64,000 nucleotides of DNA from Acidimicrobiia bacterium (GCA_050742015.1 JBOGEV010000014.1:18015-82014); one strand, 5' to 3'; positions 17,960-27,723 are shown, counted from the stretch's first letter. A program made the numbers and translations. Notes: generated by a model from the sequence alone, not told the origin.

Positions 17960-18343
17960 CTATGGCGAGGCCGGCTCCATCAGGCCGAACTCCTCGCCGC
18001 CGGGGCCTTCCACCTGAACCCATCTCCCCACCCCGGGCAATTCCATGATGTCGGTCAGAAGCTGGCCGCCGCCGATCTTGACCGCTTCGATGGCGGCATC
18101 CAGGTCCTCCACGTCGCATGTAATCAGCGTCTTCGGGCCTTCGTCCCCGGCCCGGGCCACGGCGCCGTTGATTCCCGGGCCGTCACCGGTCTCGGTCAAC
18201 CAATACTCCTGGTCGTCCCATTGTTCGGCGCGCCATCCGAAGACAGTGGTGAGGAATTCGACTGTGGCCTGTGGGTCGGCCGAATAGAACTCGAAATGCG
18301 TTGGTCTGACAGCCAACGGTGCTCCTCTCGATCTTTGGGGCAC
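17960..18343 (-). CDS. VOC family protein (glyoxalase/bleomycin-resistance fold)
   Basis: 127 aa showing the VOC beta-alpha-beta-beta-beta pattern (HFEFYSADPQATVEFLTTVFGW...). Confidence 0.65.
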   Translation of the reverse strand: MPQRSRGAPLAVRPTHFEFYSADPQATVEFLTTVFGWRAEQWDDQEYWLTETGDGPGINGAVARAGDEGPKTLITCDVEDLDAAIEAVKIGGGQLLTDIMELPGVGRWVQVEGPGGEEFGLMEPASP

Positions 18344-18381
18344 AAATTAGCCGGGGCGTGGGCCGGCCCCTAGTGCCCCGC

Positions 18382-19365
18382 TCAGCTGACAGAGGCCCGC
18401 TTCGAAGGTGCCGCGGCGTGGAGATGATCATCGAGCTTCCCCCAGACCTCGGGATGGGCGAGCGTCCGCTTCATCGAGATCAAGGTTCGCATGAACGTGG
18501 CAACCGCCCTTCCTGCGTCCATCGGGTTGGGCCGCATGGCGTTCTGCACCGATGGGGCCGGGCTCAGGGTGACGACTTCGCAATCCGGCCATGCCGCTTT
18601 GATCAGGGCGATCTCCTCGGAGAGGGAACGTTGACCTACCCGATCGAACATCTTCTCGTGGAAACGGGCCCGCTTCCGGGACACGTCGGCGGCCATGGGG
18701 GCCAGGATCAGGACCAGGTCGAGTGGCCTGTCCGAGCCGAGAACCACATCGGCATGTGTCCCGGATACCACGCCACCGTCCACGTAGAGCCTTCCGTCGA
18801 TTGGGTAGGGGCAGAACAGCAACGGGATTGCTGACGAAGCCGCGACTGCGTCTGAGACGCCGACCTCGGGTACCGACTCCGACCCGAAGACCACGCGATG
18901 CCGGCCGGCGAGGTCGAAGGCGACTATCGCAGTCGGCTTCGAGGGCCATTCCTCGCCCCGATCTTCGCCGATGTGGCTGTTGACCCAATCGGTGAGTCCC
19001 GAGGCGTGATAGGGCGCCGGGGAGCCGAGGAACAAGGTCAGACCCGGATCGCGCAGACCGGGCATGATCCCGTGACGGAGCCAATGGCGAACCTGGAGCC
19101 CGCCGTTCCTGGTGAAGATGTGGCTGCGGATCCGCTCGGCAACGGCTTCACGGTCGTCGGTGGGCGAGACCAAGGAATCGAGGGACAGGGCGTCGTTGCG
19201 CACCAAGGCGGTCACGAACGCGCCCCCAGAGGTGCCGACCACGACCTCGGCCTGATTTGGATCCCAACCCGTGGCGAGTCTGATGGCCATCAGTGCGGCC
19301 ATCTCGTATGACGCACCCGTGATCCCCCCACCGCCGAGCACCAGTCCTACCCTGCTCACTCTCAC
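18382..19365 (-). CDS. patatin-like phospholipase
   Basis: GGGGITGASY (oxyanion GGGxxG), GTSGG (GxSxG nucleophile elbow) and a DGG catalytic Asp motif. Confidence 0.8.
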   Translation of the reverse strand: MRVSRVGLVLGGGGITGASYEMAALMAIRLATGWDPNQAEVVVGTSGGAFVTALVRNDALSLDSLVSPTDDREAVAERIRSHIFTRNGGLQVRHWLRHGIMPGLRDPGLTLFLGSPAPYHASGLTDWVNSHIGEDRGEEWPSKPTAIVAFDLAGRHRVVFGSESVPEVGVSDAVAASSAIPLLFCPYPIDGRLYVDGGVVSGTHADVVLGSDRPLDLVLILAPMAADVSRKRARFHEKMFDRVGQRSLSEEIALIKAAWPDCEVVTLSPAPSVQNAMRPNPMDAGRAVATFMRTLISMKRTLAHPEVWGKLDDHLHAAAPSKRASVS

Positions 19366-19417
19366 ACCATAAATCGGTTATCGCGCCTGTCGAGAGGTCC
19401 GACGGCCCACGCCGGCC

Positions 19418-19720
19418 TCAGCCGAACGACCGGCCGCACCCTGAGCAGCGGGTGTCCTCCTCGTAGGTAGGCCCGTAACACCATGGGCAGGGCAGATCGT
19501 CTCCTCGCTCGTCCCTTGGCACCACCAGCCGGGGGTCAACCCGGTATTGGTGATTGCCCCTGATCCCCTTTGCCAGGGCGAACAGACCCGTCGTCGCGGT
19601 TGCTGCGACCAATGCTTCAAACACAGTCCGTCCTCCTTGCTTCAGCCCTGATGAGGCTAAAAGTGGAGGTGCCAATTGCCGCGGATTTCGAACGAGATGC
19701 CGGATTCGCCTCCCCGTCAA
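19418..19720 (-). CDS. hypothetical small protein with C-terminal CPxC...CxxC zinc ribbon
   Basis: 100 aa ending CPWCYGPTYEEDTRCSGCG. Confidence 0.4.
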   Translation of the reverse strand: MTGRRIRHLVRNPRQLAPPLLASSGLKQGGRTVFEALVAATATTGLFALAKGIRGNHQYRVDPRLVVPRDERGDDLPCPWCYGPTYEEDTRCSGCGRSFG

Positions 19721-19750
19721 CCGCGCCTCAGTCAGGTTTCGGTGGGCGAA

Positions 19751-20788
19751 TCAGCGCCATCCGAGTGCCGGTGCGACGTGCCGGAGGATGCTGTCGACGA
19801 CGTGGACGTTGTACTCGACGCCGAGCTGGTTCGGCACGGTCAGCAGCAGCGTGTCCGCGGCGGCGATGGCCTCGTCCTGAGCGAGCCGGTCCACGAGGAC
19901 GTCGGGCTCAGCGGAATAGCTGCGTCCGAAGATCGCCCGCGTGTTGGCGTCGATCATCCCGATGGTGTCCTGGTCGTCGCGCTCATGCCCGAAGTAGGCA
20001 CGGTCCTCCTCCGACACCAGCGCGAAGATGCTGCGGCTGACCGAGACTCTCGGCTCGCGGGCGTGCCCCGCCTCTTTCCAGGCGTCCCGGAAGACCTGGA
20101 TCTGCTCCGCCTGTTGGACGTGAAAAGGCTTCCCGGTCTCGTCGTCCTTCAGGGTCGAGCTCTGCAGGTGCATGCCCATCTCGGCGGCCCAGCGGGCGGT
20201 CGCGTTCGAGCCTGAGCCCCACCAGATGCGTTCCCGAAGTCCCTCCGAATACGGCTCGGTCCTCAACAGACCCGGCGGATTGGCGAACATCGGTTGCGGG
20301 TTGGGCTGGGCGAACCCGCCACCCTCGATTACCCGGAGGAACACCTCGGCGCCCTTGCGCGCCATGTCCGCGTCGGTTTCTCCCTCAGCAGGCGCGTATC
20401 CGAAATAGCGCCAACCGTCGATGACCTGCTCGGGCGATCCACGCGAGATCCCGAGCTGCAACCTCCCGCCGGCGATGAGGTCTGCCGCGCCGGCATCCTC
20501 CGCCATGTAGAGGGGGTTCTCGTAGCGCATGTCGATCACAGCCGTGCCGATCTCGATGCGACTGGTTCGGGCACCCACCGCGGCGAGTAGGGGGAAGGGC
20601 GAGCCGAGTTGCCGAGCGAAGTGATGGACACGGAAGAACGCGCCGTCGGCCCCCAACTCCTCAGCCGCCACGGCCAGGTCGATCGACTGAAGCAAGGCGT
20701 CCGAAGCGTTTCGCGTCTGCGACATCGGAGACGGCGACCAGTGGCCGAACGACAGGAACCCGATCTTCTTCACGGCCCCATTCAACAC
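19751..20788 (-). CDS. LLM-class flavin-dependent oxidoreductase (luciferase-like monooxygenase)
   Basis: 345 aa, TIM-barrel LLM family (IGFLSFGHW...EELGADGAFFRVHHF...). Confidence 0.75.
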   Translation of the reverse strand: MLNGAVKKIGFLSFGHWSPSPMSQTRNASDALLQSIDLAVAAEELGADGAFFRVHHFARQLGSPFPLLAAVGARTSRIEIGTAVIDMRYENPLYMAEDAGAADLIAGGRLQLGISRGSPEQVIDGWRYFGYAPAEGETDADMARKGAEVFLRVIEGGGFAQPNPQPMFANPPGLLRTEPYSEGLRERIWWGSGSNATARWAAEMGMHLQSSTLKDDETGKPFHVQQAEQIQVFRDAWKEAGHAREPRVSVSRSIFALVSEEDRAYFGHERDDQDTIGMIDANTRAIFGRSYSAEPDVLVDRLAQDEAIAAADTLLLTVPNQLGVEYNVHVVDSILRHVAPALGWR

Positions 20789-20828
20789 TCATGGCCCGGA
20801 TGTCCCGCTCGCCCCCCGGCTTCGCCGG

Positions 20829-20853
20829 TTCTCCCCCCTTAAAGGGGGGAGAA
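20829..20853. repeat. perfect 10-bp-stem hairpin ttctcccccc-ttaaa-ggggggagaa
   Basis: Read directly from the sequence. It lies between the APH-like gene end and the LLM gene start, next to the inverted copy of the repeat family. Confidence 0.7.
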
Positions 20854-20854
20854 A

Positions 20855-21003
20855 CAGATGCGACACTTTCCCCCTCACATGTGACCGTTGAACCCGGTTC
20901 CTCCCTCGTATGGTCGGAGGGGTGGCGCCCGCCGGGTTCAGGGTGGTTGTGGGGACCTGGCCGTGGGCGGGGGGTCGGAGGGGGGTCGTCCCCCCTCACA
21001 ACT
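20855..21003. repeat. inverted copy (1.3 units) of the 13928-14135 repeat family
   Basis: The reverse complement of 20969-21000 equals gtgaggggggacgacccccctccgaccccccg, the first 32-33 nt of the repeat unit. A second partial unit (gtgagggggaaagtgtcgc, reverse complement) is at 20860-20878. Confidence 0.8.
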
Positions 21004-21008
21004 AACAG

Positions 21009-21836
21009 TCACGTCCCGATGACGGCTTCGGTCAGGTCGTCGACGAGATAGCCGAGGTCCCCGAGACGTCCCTCGCGCACCTCGGCCGCTTCGAGCATCA
21101 TCATGGCCGAGTGATAGGCCACCCAGGGCCGGTACCGGCTCTCGGGGAGCTCGGCCCCGTATCCCTTGCGGAAGGCGGCAGCAGCGTCCTCGCCGATCCG
21201 GGCGGCGAGACGCCAAACGGCCAGTGTCAGGTCCCACTCCGGGGGAGCCAGTGTCGCCCACTCCCAGTCGACGAGGGTGATCGCGCCGCCCTCGTTGACG
21301 ATGAACTTGGACAGGGTCGGCTTGGTGTGTGAGGGCGTGGGGGCCGTTGCCAGGGGCGGCTCGAGCTCTAGGGCCTTGTCCAGCACCGCCTGGTCCATCC
21401 CGAACCTCCGTCGATAGCGGCCGAGGCGCTCGATCGTCGAGCGGTAGTGGCTGAGCACGTAGTCGGAGTCGATGCCGGCGGCCAGATTCGTGATCTGTGC
21501 CTTCGAGTCGTGGATGTCGCGCAGGGCGGCTCCGGCTGCCTCGACCGAGTCGAGGTTCTTGGGCAGATTGGACAGGTTCCAGTGGCCGGCATCGTTCATC
21601 TTGAGCCACGCCATCTCACCCTGGGTCCCATGGTTGATGATTCGGGGCACGGACGGCACTGCGGCGAGGGCTTCGAGCGCATGACGTTCCCGACGTTCCC
21701 GCGACGACACCGGGTACACCTTCACGATCGTGCTCTGGTCCCCATCTATGACCCGGAACACCTTGTTTGCCCCGGAGGACAGCTCCCTGACCAACGCGTT
21801 TGGGTGCAGCTTCGTAACGAGCTCTCTGGCATCCAT
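21009..21836 (-). CDS. aminoglycoside/choline-kinase-like phosphotransferase (APH family)
   Basis: 275 aa. It has the N-lobe (KVFRVIDGDQSTIVKVY), a catalytic-loop region and the LVDWEWATLAPPEWDL motif of APH-family kinases. Confidence 0.65.
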   Translation of the reverse strand: MDARELVTKLHPNALVRELSSGANKVFRVIDGDQSTIVKVYPVSSRERRERHALEALAAVPSVPRIINHGTQGEMAWLKMNDAGHWNLSNLPKNLDSVEAAGAALRDIHDSKAQITNLAAGIDSDYVLSHYRSTIERLGRYRRRFGMDQAVLDKALELEPPLATAPTPSHTKPTLSKFIVNEGGAITLVDWEWATLAPPEWDLTLAVWRLAARIGEDAAAAFRKGYGAELPESRYRPWVAYHSAMMMLEAAEVREGRLGDLGYLVDDLTEAVIGT

Positions 21837-21929
21837 ACCGTCTTATCCCCTTGTGACCGTGTGGCCGGTTCGTTGCGATACTCGGGCAGTTAGCCTTTTG
21901 CCCGTCCCCCAGGCTAGCGAGATAACCCG

Positions 21930-23867
21930 TTGTCACTAGAGCTTCGTTATCCAGATGGAACGACGGTGGAGCATCCCGACGGCATCACCGGTCGGGAGGT
22001 CGCGGCGTCGATCGGGCCCCGCCTCGCCTCGGCGGCCGTGGCAGTGAAGGTGAACGGGGAGCTGCGTGATCTGGACCGGCCCCTGGACCATTCCGGTGAA
22101 TTCGCCGTCATCACCCTCGACAGCGACGAGGGGCTCGACATCTTGCGTCACTCGTCGGCGCACGTCCTCGCCCAGGCGGTTCTCGACCTCTACGAAGGCT
22201 CGACCTTTGCTATCGGGCCCGCAATCGAAGACGGCTTCTACTACGACTTCAAGGTCGACGAGCCGTTCACCCCCGAGGATCTGGAGCGCATCGAGAGCCG
22301 GATGAAGGCGATCATCGACGAGGACCAACCCTTCGAGCGGGTCGCTCTGTCCCGGGACGAAGCCATCTCCATGTTCACTTCGCATCCCTTCAAGACGGAG
22401 ATCATCGAGAGCGTCGAGCCCAGCGAGGTGAGGCGGGGCGAAGACGTCACCGTCTACAAGAACCTGGACTTCGTCGATCTCTGCAGGGGCCCACATCTCC
22501 CCTCCACCGGCCGGATCCCGGCGGTCAGGCTGCTCCGCAGCTCGGGCGCGTATTGGCGGGGCGATGAGAAAAGGGACCAATTGCAGCGGATCTACGGCAC
22601 GGCTTGGTCGTCCGCCAAGGACCTGGATGCCTATCTCACCCGTCTCGAGGAGGCTGAGAAGCGGGATCATCGGCGACTCGGCGCCGAGCTCGATCTGTTC
22701 AGCTTCCCCTCCGAGCTGGGCTCAGGCCTCGTGGTCTGGCATCCCAAGGGGGGAATGTTGCGCAAGCTGGTCGAGGACCACAGCCGGGAGCTCCACGAGC
22801 GTTATGGCTTCGAATTCGTGTTCACCCCACATCTAGCCAAATCCGACCTGTGGTGGACCTCGGGCCACCTCGACTACTACGCCGAGTTCATGTTCCCGGG
22901 GATGGAGCTGGACAACGATCAGGAGTACCGGGTCAAGCCGATGAACTGCCCGTTCCACATCCTGATCTATAAGAGCCGGCCCCGGTCCTACCGAGACCTG
23001 CCCATCCGGCTCTCCGAGCTCGGAGCGGTGTACAGGTATGAGAAGTCGGGTGTGGTCCACGGGTTGCTGCGGGCCCGGGGCTTCACGCAAGACGATTCAC
23101 ACACGTTCTGCACCGAGGAGCAGCTCGCACCGGAACTGGCAATGCACCTCGACTTCGTTCTGACCTGGCTTAGGGACGCCGGGTTCACCGAGTTCGAGGC
23201 AGAACTGAGCACCCAGCCCGACAAGGCGCCGGAAGGTGAGCAGGACCGTTGGGATTTCGCCGAAAAGGCGCTGGCCGAGTCCCTGGTTCAAGCCGGAGTC
23301 AAATACCGGGTGGCGGTGGGTGAGGGTGCCTTCTACGGCCCGAAGATCGACATGCATGTCAAGGACGCCATCGGTCGCAGCTGGCAATTGTCCACCATCC
23401 AGTTGGATTTTCTGCTGCCGGGGCGCTTCGAGTTGGAGTACGCCGCCGCCGGCAACGTCAGCCGGCGGCCCTACATGATCCATTGCGCCAAGGCCGGCTC
23501 ACTGGAGCGGTTCATGGGAGTGCTGATCGAGCATCATGCCGGGGCCCTACCCATGTGGCTGGCTCCGGTTCAGGTCACCATCATCCCTGTCGCCGACCGA
23601 CATCACGAGTATTCGGATTCGGTGGCCGAGCGGCTACGGGACGCTCGCCTTCGCGTCGAGGTGGACGTCTCCGACGACACGGTTGGAGACAAGATCCGTA
23701 AGGCGCTGACCCAGAAGCATCCGGCTGTGATCGTGGTCGGCGACGACGACGTCGCCAACTCCACCGTCGGTCTGCGTCTCTACGGCGAGGAACGGGACAC
23801 GCGGGGAGTGGAGCTGATCGAGGCGACCAACCGGCTCGCCCAGATGGCCAAGGCACCGGGCTCATGA
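21930..23867 (+). CDS. thrS: threonine--tRNA ligase
   Basis: Contains a TGS domain (LELRYPDGTTVEHPDGITGREVA), the class II core and the anticodon-binding domain. 645 aa. TTG start. Confidence 0.93.
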   Translation: MSLELRYPDGTTVEHPDGITGREVAASIGPRLASAAVAVKVNGELRDLDRPLDHSGEFAVITLDSDEGLDILRHSSAHVLAQAVLDLYEGSTFAIGPAIEDGFYYDFKVDEPFTPEDLERIESRMKAIIDEDQPFERVALSRDEAISMFTSHPFKTEIIESVEPSEVRRGEDVTVYKNLDFVDLCRGPHLPSTGRIPAVRLLRSSGAYWRGDEKRDQLQRIYGTAWSSAKDLDAYLTRLEEAEKRDHRRLGAELDLFSFPSELGSGLVVWHPKGGMLRKLVEDHSRELHERYGFEFVFTPHLAKSDLWWTSGHLDYYAEFMFPGMELDNDQEYRVKPMNCPFHILIYKSRPRSYRDLPIRLSELGAVYRYEKSGVVHGLLRARGFTQDDSHTFCTEEQLAPELAMHLDFVLTWLRDAGFTEFEAELSTQPDKAPEGEQDRWDFAEKALAESLVQAGVKYRVAVGEGAFYGPKIDMHVKDAIGRSWQLSTIQLDFLLPGRFELEYAAAGNVSRRPYMIHCAKAGSLERFMGVLIEHHAGALPMWLAPVQVTIIPVADRHHEYSDSVAERLRDARLRVEVDVSDDTVGDKIRKALTQKHPAVIVVGDDDVANSTVGLRLYGEERDTRGVELIEATNRLAQMAKAPGS

Positions 23868-24355
23868 GTGATCGAGACGAGTCGCGCGTCGACCGCTCCG
23901 GGATCCACATCGACCGGGGCCTGGCTGATTCGCTGGCCATCGAGGAGGAGCTCGACTCCAATGTGATCGGGCCCTATCGATTCCCCCAGCCGACCCGACG
24001 CAATGTCGCCGGCCTGGTCTTCGTGGCGGCCGCCGTGGTGACGATGCTGGTCATCGATGGTGGATGGCTGCCCGCACTCGGCCTGGTCGGTCTCGCTTCC
24101 TGGAACTTTGCCTCGGCCTGGCCGCTCGAAGTCGAAGAGGCCAAAGCCCTCGCCATCGCCGGGTCCGCCGTCGATTTCCCCGTCGGGCACGCTTCGGCCG
24201 CAGTCACTTTTCACGGAATCCGTTCCCGCCCCCGTTGGAGCGTGGTCCTCTACTCAGCGGAGGAACCCCCTGACCAACGCGCCCTGGTGGTCGTCGACGC
24301 GGTTTCCGGCGAGGTGGCCCAAGAGCCCTACGTGGAGGCCCTGGAAGCGCTCTAG
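23864..24355 (+). CDS. hypothetical protein (one predicted TM segment), translationally coupled to thrS
   Basis: 163 aa with ATGA overlap onto the thrS stop. It occupies the position held by a HIT-family gene in mycobacteria but has no HIT motif. Confidence 0.45.
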   Translation: MSDRDESRVDRSGIHIDRGLADSLAIEEELDSNVIGPYRFPQPTRRNVAGLVFVAAAVVTMLVIDGGWLPALGLVGLASWNFASAWPLEVEEAKALAIAGSAVDFPVGHASAAVTFHGIRSRPRWSVVLYSAEEPPDQRALVVVDAVSGEVAQEPYVEALEAL

Positions 24356-24360
24356 TCGCC

Positions 24361-25647
24361 TTACCGCTGGTCCATCGGGACGTAGGGCCGACGTTCGTGG
24401 CCCGAATACACCTGGCGAGGCCGAAAGATGCGGGTGCTCGGGTCGGCGAGGAGCTCTCGCCACTGTGAGATCCATCCCGGCAGCCGACCCAGCGCGAAGA
24501 GCACGGTGAACATGTCGGTGGGGAATCCAATCGCCCGGTAGATGATCCCTGAGTAGAAGTCGACGTTGGGGTACAACTTGCGTTCGACGAAGTAGTCATC
24601 GGAGAGGGCCACTTCTTCGAGTTGCCGGGCGACATCGAGTAGTGGGTCGTCCTCGATCTTCAGGGCGTGGAGCACGTCGTCGGCCGCCTTCTTGATGATC
24701 CTCGCCCGAGGGTCGAAGTTCTTGTAGACCCGGTGACCGAATCCCATCAACCGGAACTTGTCGTCCTTGTCCTTGGCCCTGGCGACGAAGGGGTCGACAT
24801 CGCCACCGGCGGAGACGATCTCCTCGAGCATCTCGAGCACTTCCTGGTTGGCCCCACCATGGCGTGGGCCAGAGAGGGCATGGATGCCGGCGGCGACCGA
24901 GCTGAAGATGTTGGCCTCGCCGGACCCGACCAGCCGGACCGCAGAAGTCGAGCAGTTCTGACCGTGATCGGCATGCAGCACGAGGAGCATGTTGAGAGCG
25001 CGGGCCACGACCGGATCAGCCGTGTAGGGCTCGGCCGGCACCGAGAACATCATGTGCAAGAAGTTGGCCAGGTAACCCAGATCGTTCCTCGGGTAGACGT
25101 AGGGCTGGTGAGCCGAGTACTTGTAGGACCAGGCGACCATCGTCGGCGTCTTGGCGATCAGTCGCCGGGCGCTGATGTCGATTGCCTCCTCGTCGTGGGG
25201 GTCCAACGCATCCGGGTAGTAGGTGGCCAGGGCGGAGGTGGCCGAGGCGAGGATCTGCATGGGATGGGCGTCGTGGGGAAAGGCCTCGAAGAGGCTCTTC
25301 ATGTCCTCGCGGATGAGGGTGTGGTGTGAGATCGACTCCTGGTACGCCTCCAGCTCGCTTCTCGTGGGCAGCTCGCCGTACTGCAGCAAGTAGGCCACCT
25401 CGAGGAAGCTCGAGTGCTCGGCGAGCTCCTCGATTAGGTAGCCCCGGTAGTGAAGGACACCTTCCTCGCCACCGACAAAGGACACGCCGGAGACACTCTC
25501 GACCGTGTTTCCGAAGCCGCGGTCGATGGTGGTGAGACCGAGTTCGCTGCGGAGACGGCTGATGTCGACGGCTAGGTCACCCTCGACGCCCTCGATCACA
25601 TCGAGGCGCTCTTCCCTGTCTCCAAAGCGGATGACCGCGTCAGCCAT
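24361..25647 (-). CDS. gltA: citrate synthase
   Basis: GFGHRVYKNFDPRA is the citrate synthase signature. 428 aa. RBS GGAAGGA. Confidence 0.9.
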   Translation of the reverse strand: MADAVIRFGDREERLDVIEGVEGDLAVDISRLRSELGLTTIDRGFGNTVESVSGVSFVGGEEGVLHYRGYLIEELAEHSSFLEVAYLLQYGELPTRSELEAYQESISHHTLIREDMKSLFEAFPHDAHPMQILASATSALATYYPDALDPHDEEAIDISARRLIAKTPTMVAWSYKYSAHQPYVYPRNDLGYLANFLHMMFSVPAEPYTADPVVARALNMLLVLHADHGQNCSTSAVRLVGSGEANIFSSVAAGIHALSGPRHGGANQEVLEMLEEIVSAGGDVDPFVARAKDKDDKFRLMGFGHRVYKNFDPRARIIKKAADDVLHALKIEDDPLLDVARQLEEVALSDDYFVERKLYPNVDFYSGIIYRAIGFPTDMFTVLFALGRLPGWISQWRELLADPSTRIFRPRQVYSGHERRPYVPMDQR

Positions 25648-25668
25648 TCCAGTCCTTCCTATGCCAGG

Positions 25669-27723
25669 TCAGTCGTCCGAGGAGTTGGCCGCAGCTATCA
25701 CCTGCTGCGCCTCGTTGTGCGGGACTTCTGCATAGTGGTCGAATGCGACTTCGAAGCTGCCTCTTCCTGAGGTCAATGATCGCAGCTCGGCCGCATATTG
25801 CTGAATCTCGGCCATCGGGACTTCGGCTACCACCGCTCTGAGGGTGCCCTCGCCCTCCATTCCCAGGACCCTGCCCCGTTTTGAGTTGATGTCGCCCATG
25901 ACGTCGCCGAGATGATCCTCGGGGACGGTGACGGTGACTCTCATCACCGGTTCCAGCAAGATCGCCTTCAACTCGGGCGTCGCCGACCGGAGAGCCTGGA
26001 TCCCCGCCATGCGGAACGACATCTCGTCGGAGTCGACTGCGTGGTACTTCCCGTCATAGACCTCCGCCGAGATGTCGATGACCGGGTATCCGGCGATGAT
26101 GCCCCTGGTCAGCGCCTCCTGGATGCCTTTGTCGACGGCTGGGATGAACTGGCGGGGGATGGAGCCACCCTTGATCGAGTCGATGTACTCGTACCCAGAT
26201 CCCCGGGGCATGGGAGCGAATTTCACGAAAGCCACACCGAACTGACCGCGCCCACCCGACTGCTTCTTGTGCTTTCCCTCGGCGGAGGCGGTGGCAGTGA
26301 TCGTCTCCCGGTAAGGGATTACAGGGAGTGAGGTGTCGACTTCCACTCCGAACTTGCGATGGATCCGGGCCACCGTCACATCGAGGTGGGTATCGCCCAG
26401 ACCGGCCAGGATCGTCTCCCCGGTGTCGGAGCGACGCTCGACCCTGAGCGTTGGGTCCTCCTCCTCGATCCGGTGCAGCGCAGTCGACAGCTTCTCCTCG
26501 TCGTGATGGGATCGTGGCGTGATCGCCACCTCGGCCACGGGCCTTGGGTATTCGATCCTGTCGATGACCAGGCCGCTGCCGGCGCTGCGCATCGTGTCGC
26601 CGACGCTCACGTTGTCGATCTTCGCCACGGCGCCGATGCCGCCAGCCGGAAGGTCGGGAACGTCGTTGTGCTCCTTCCCCTGAAGCTTGAACAGGTTGTG
26701 GAGCCTGACCCGGCCCCCGCTGCTCAGCTCCAGCTCCTGGTCGGCCTTGACCGTCCCCGAATAGATGCGAAACAGCGAGATTCGCCCAACGAACGGGTCC
26801 GAGACCGACTTGAAGACGTAGGCGAGGGCGGGCCCGCCCTCGGAGAGCGCCGAGGCCTCACCCTCGCTCAACGGGGGAAATGCGCGCTCTAGGGGGTTGG
26901 GGCCGTAGTCCACGATGAACTCGGCGAGGAGATCGATGCCGACGAGTTTCTCCGCTGAGGTGACCAACACCGGCTGGATCTCACCGGACACGATCCCCTC
27001 GTGGATCGTGGAGACGATCTGCTCGCGAGATGGCTCCGTGCCCTCGAAGTAGGCCTCCATCATCTCGTCGTCGGTCTCGACCACCGTCTCGACCAGGGCG
27101 GTGTGGGCGCTATGGACGAGGTCCTCCACCTCTTCGGGCAGGTCCACCTCCTTGCCGGTCTTGTCACCGGCCGCGTACTCATAGGCTCGCTCCGAAGCGA
27201 CCCGGACCAGGCCACGCAGTCCTTCTTCGGACCCGATCGGAACCTGGATCGGGGCGATCGCCTTGCCGAACGACTCCCGCAGCTGGTCGAGCGTTCGCTG
27301 AAAGGAGGACCGGTCACGGTCGAGTTTGGTCACGACGACCGCCCGGGGTATTCCCTCGTCGGCCGCGACTTTCCAGAGTTGTTCGGTCTGGACCTCGATC
27401 CCGTCCACACCCGAGACCACGAAGAGGGCTAGGTCGGCGGCACGAATTGCGGCCCGGGCGTCCCCGGAGAAGTCGCTCGATCCCGGGGAGTCGATCAGGT
27501 TGATCTGGTGGTCGTTCCAACTGAGCGTGGCAACGGCGAGGCCCAGCGAGATGCCGCGGTCGATCTCCTCCGGTTCATGGTCGAGGACCGTCGTTCCTTG
27601 CTCCACCGAGCCGCGACGAGTTGTGGCGCCGCCAACGTAGAGCAGAGCTTCGGCGAGGGTTGTCTTGCCGCTCCCGCCATGGCCGACGAGGGCGACATTG
27701 CGGACTCTCTCGGGTAACAACAA
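25669..27723 (-). CDS. elongation factor G paralogue (EF-G2-like translational GTPase)
   Basis: 684 aa with all five EF-G domains. G1 is GHGGSGKTT rather than the canonical AHIDAGKTT. TTG start with AGGAGG RBS. Confidence 0.8.
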   Translation of the reverse strand: MLLPERVRNVALVGHGGSGKTTLAEALLYVGGATTRRGSVEQGTTVLDHEPEEIDRGISLGLAVATLSWNDHQINLIDSPGSSDFSGDARAAIRAADLALFVVSGVDGIEVQTEQLWKVAADEGIPRAVVVTKLDRDRSSFQRTLDQLRESFGKAIAPIQVPIGSEEGLRGLVRVASERAYEYAAGDKTGKEVDLPEEVEDLVHSAHTALVETVVETDDEMMEAYFEGTEPSREQIVSTIHEGIVSGEIQPVLVTSAEKLVGIDLLAEFIVDYGPNPLERAFPPLSEGEASALSEGGPALAYVFKSVSDPFVGRISLFRIYSGTVKADQELELSSGGRVRLHNLFKLQGKEHNDVPDLPAGGIGAVAKIDNVSVGDTMRSAGSGLVIDRIEYPRPVAEVAITPRSHHDEEKLSTALHRIEEEDPTLRVERRSDTGETILAGLGDTHLDVTVARIHRKFGVEVDTSLPVIPYRETITATASAEGKHKKQSGGRGQFGVAFVKFAPMPRGSGYEYIDSIKGGSIPRQFIPAVDKGIQEALTRGIIAGYPVIDISAEVYDGKYHAVDSDEMSFRMAGIQALRSATPELKAILLEPVMRVTVTVPEDHLGDVMGDINSKRGRVLGMEGEGTLRAVVAEVPMAEIQQYAAELRSLTSGRGSFEVAFDHYAEVPHNEAQQVIAAANSSDD

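Noticed and set aside
20829-20853. Hairpin ttctcccccc/ggggggagaa as a rho-independent terminator
   Set aside because: There is no U-tract on either strand after the stem. It may still be a structural or recombination element, so it is reported as a repeat feature rather than a terminator.
21837-21929. T-box or other riboswitch leaders upstream of thrS, hisS, aspS and alaS
   Set aside because: No T-box sequence (AATTAGGGTGGNACCGCG-like) or specifier/antiterminator architecture is visible in these short leaders. Actinobacterial copies of these aaRS genes generally lack T-boxes.
25669-27723. Tet(M)/Tet(O)-type ribosomal protection protein
   Set aside because: At 684 aa, with a full domain IV and an EF-G-like overall length, it fits the actinobacterial EF-G2 paralogues better than the ~640-aa ribosomal-protection proteins. 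The context (gltA, housekeeping genes) is not a resistance island. Phylogeny would be needed for certainty.
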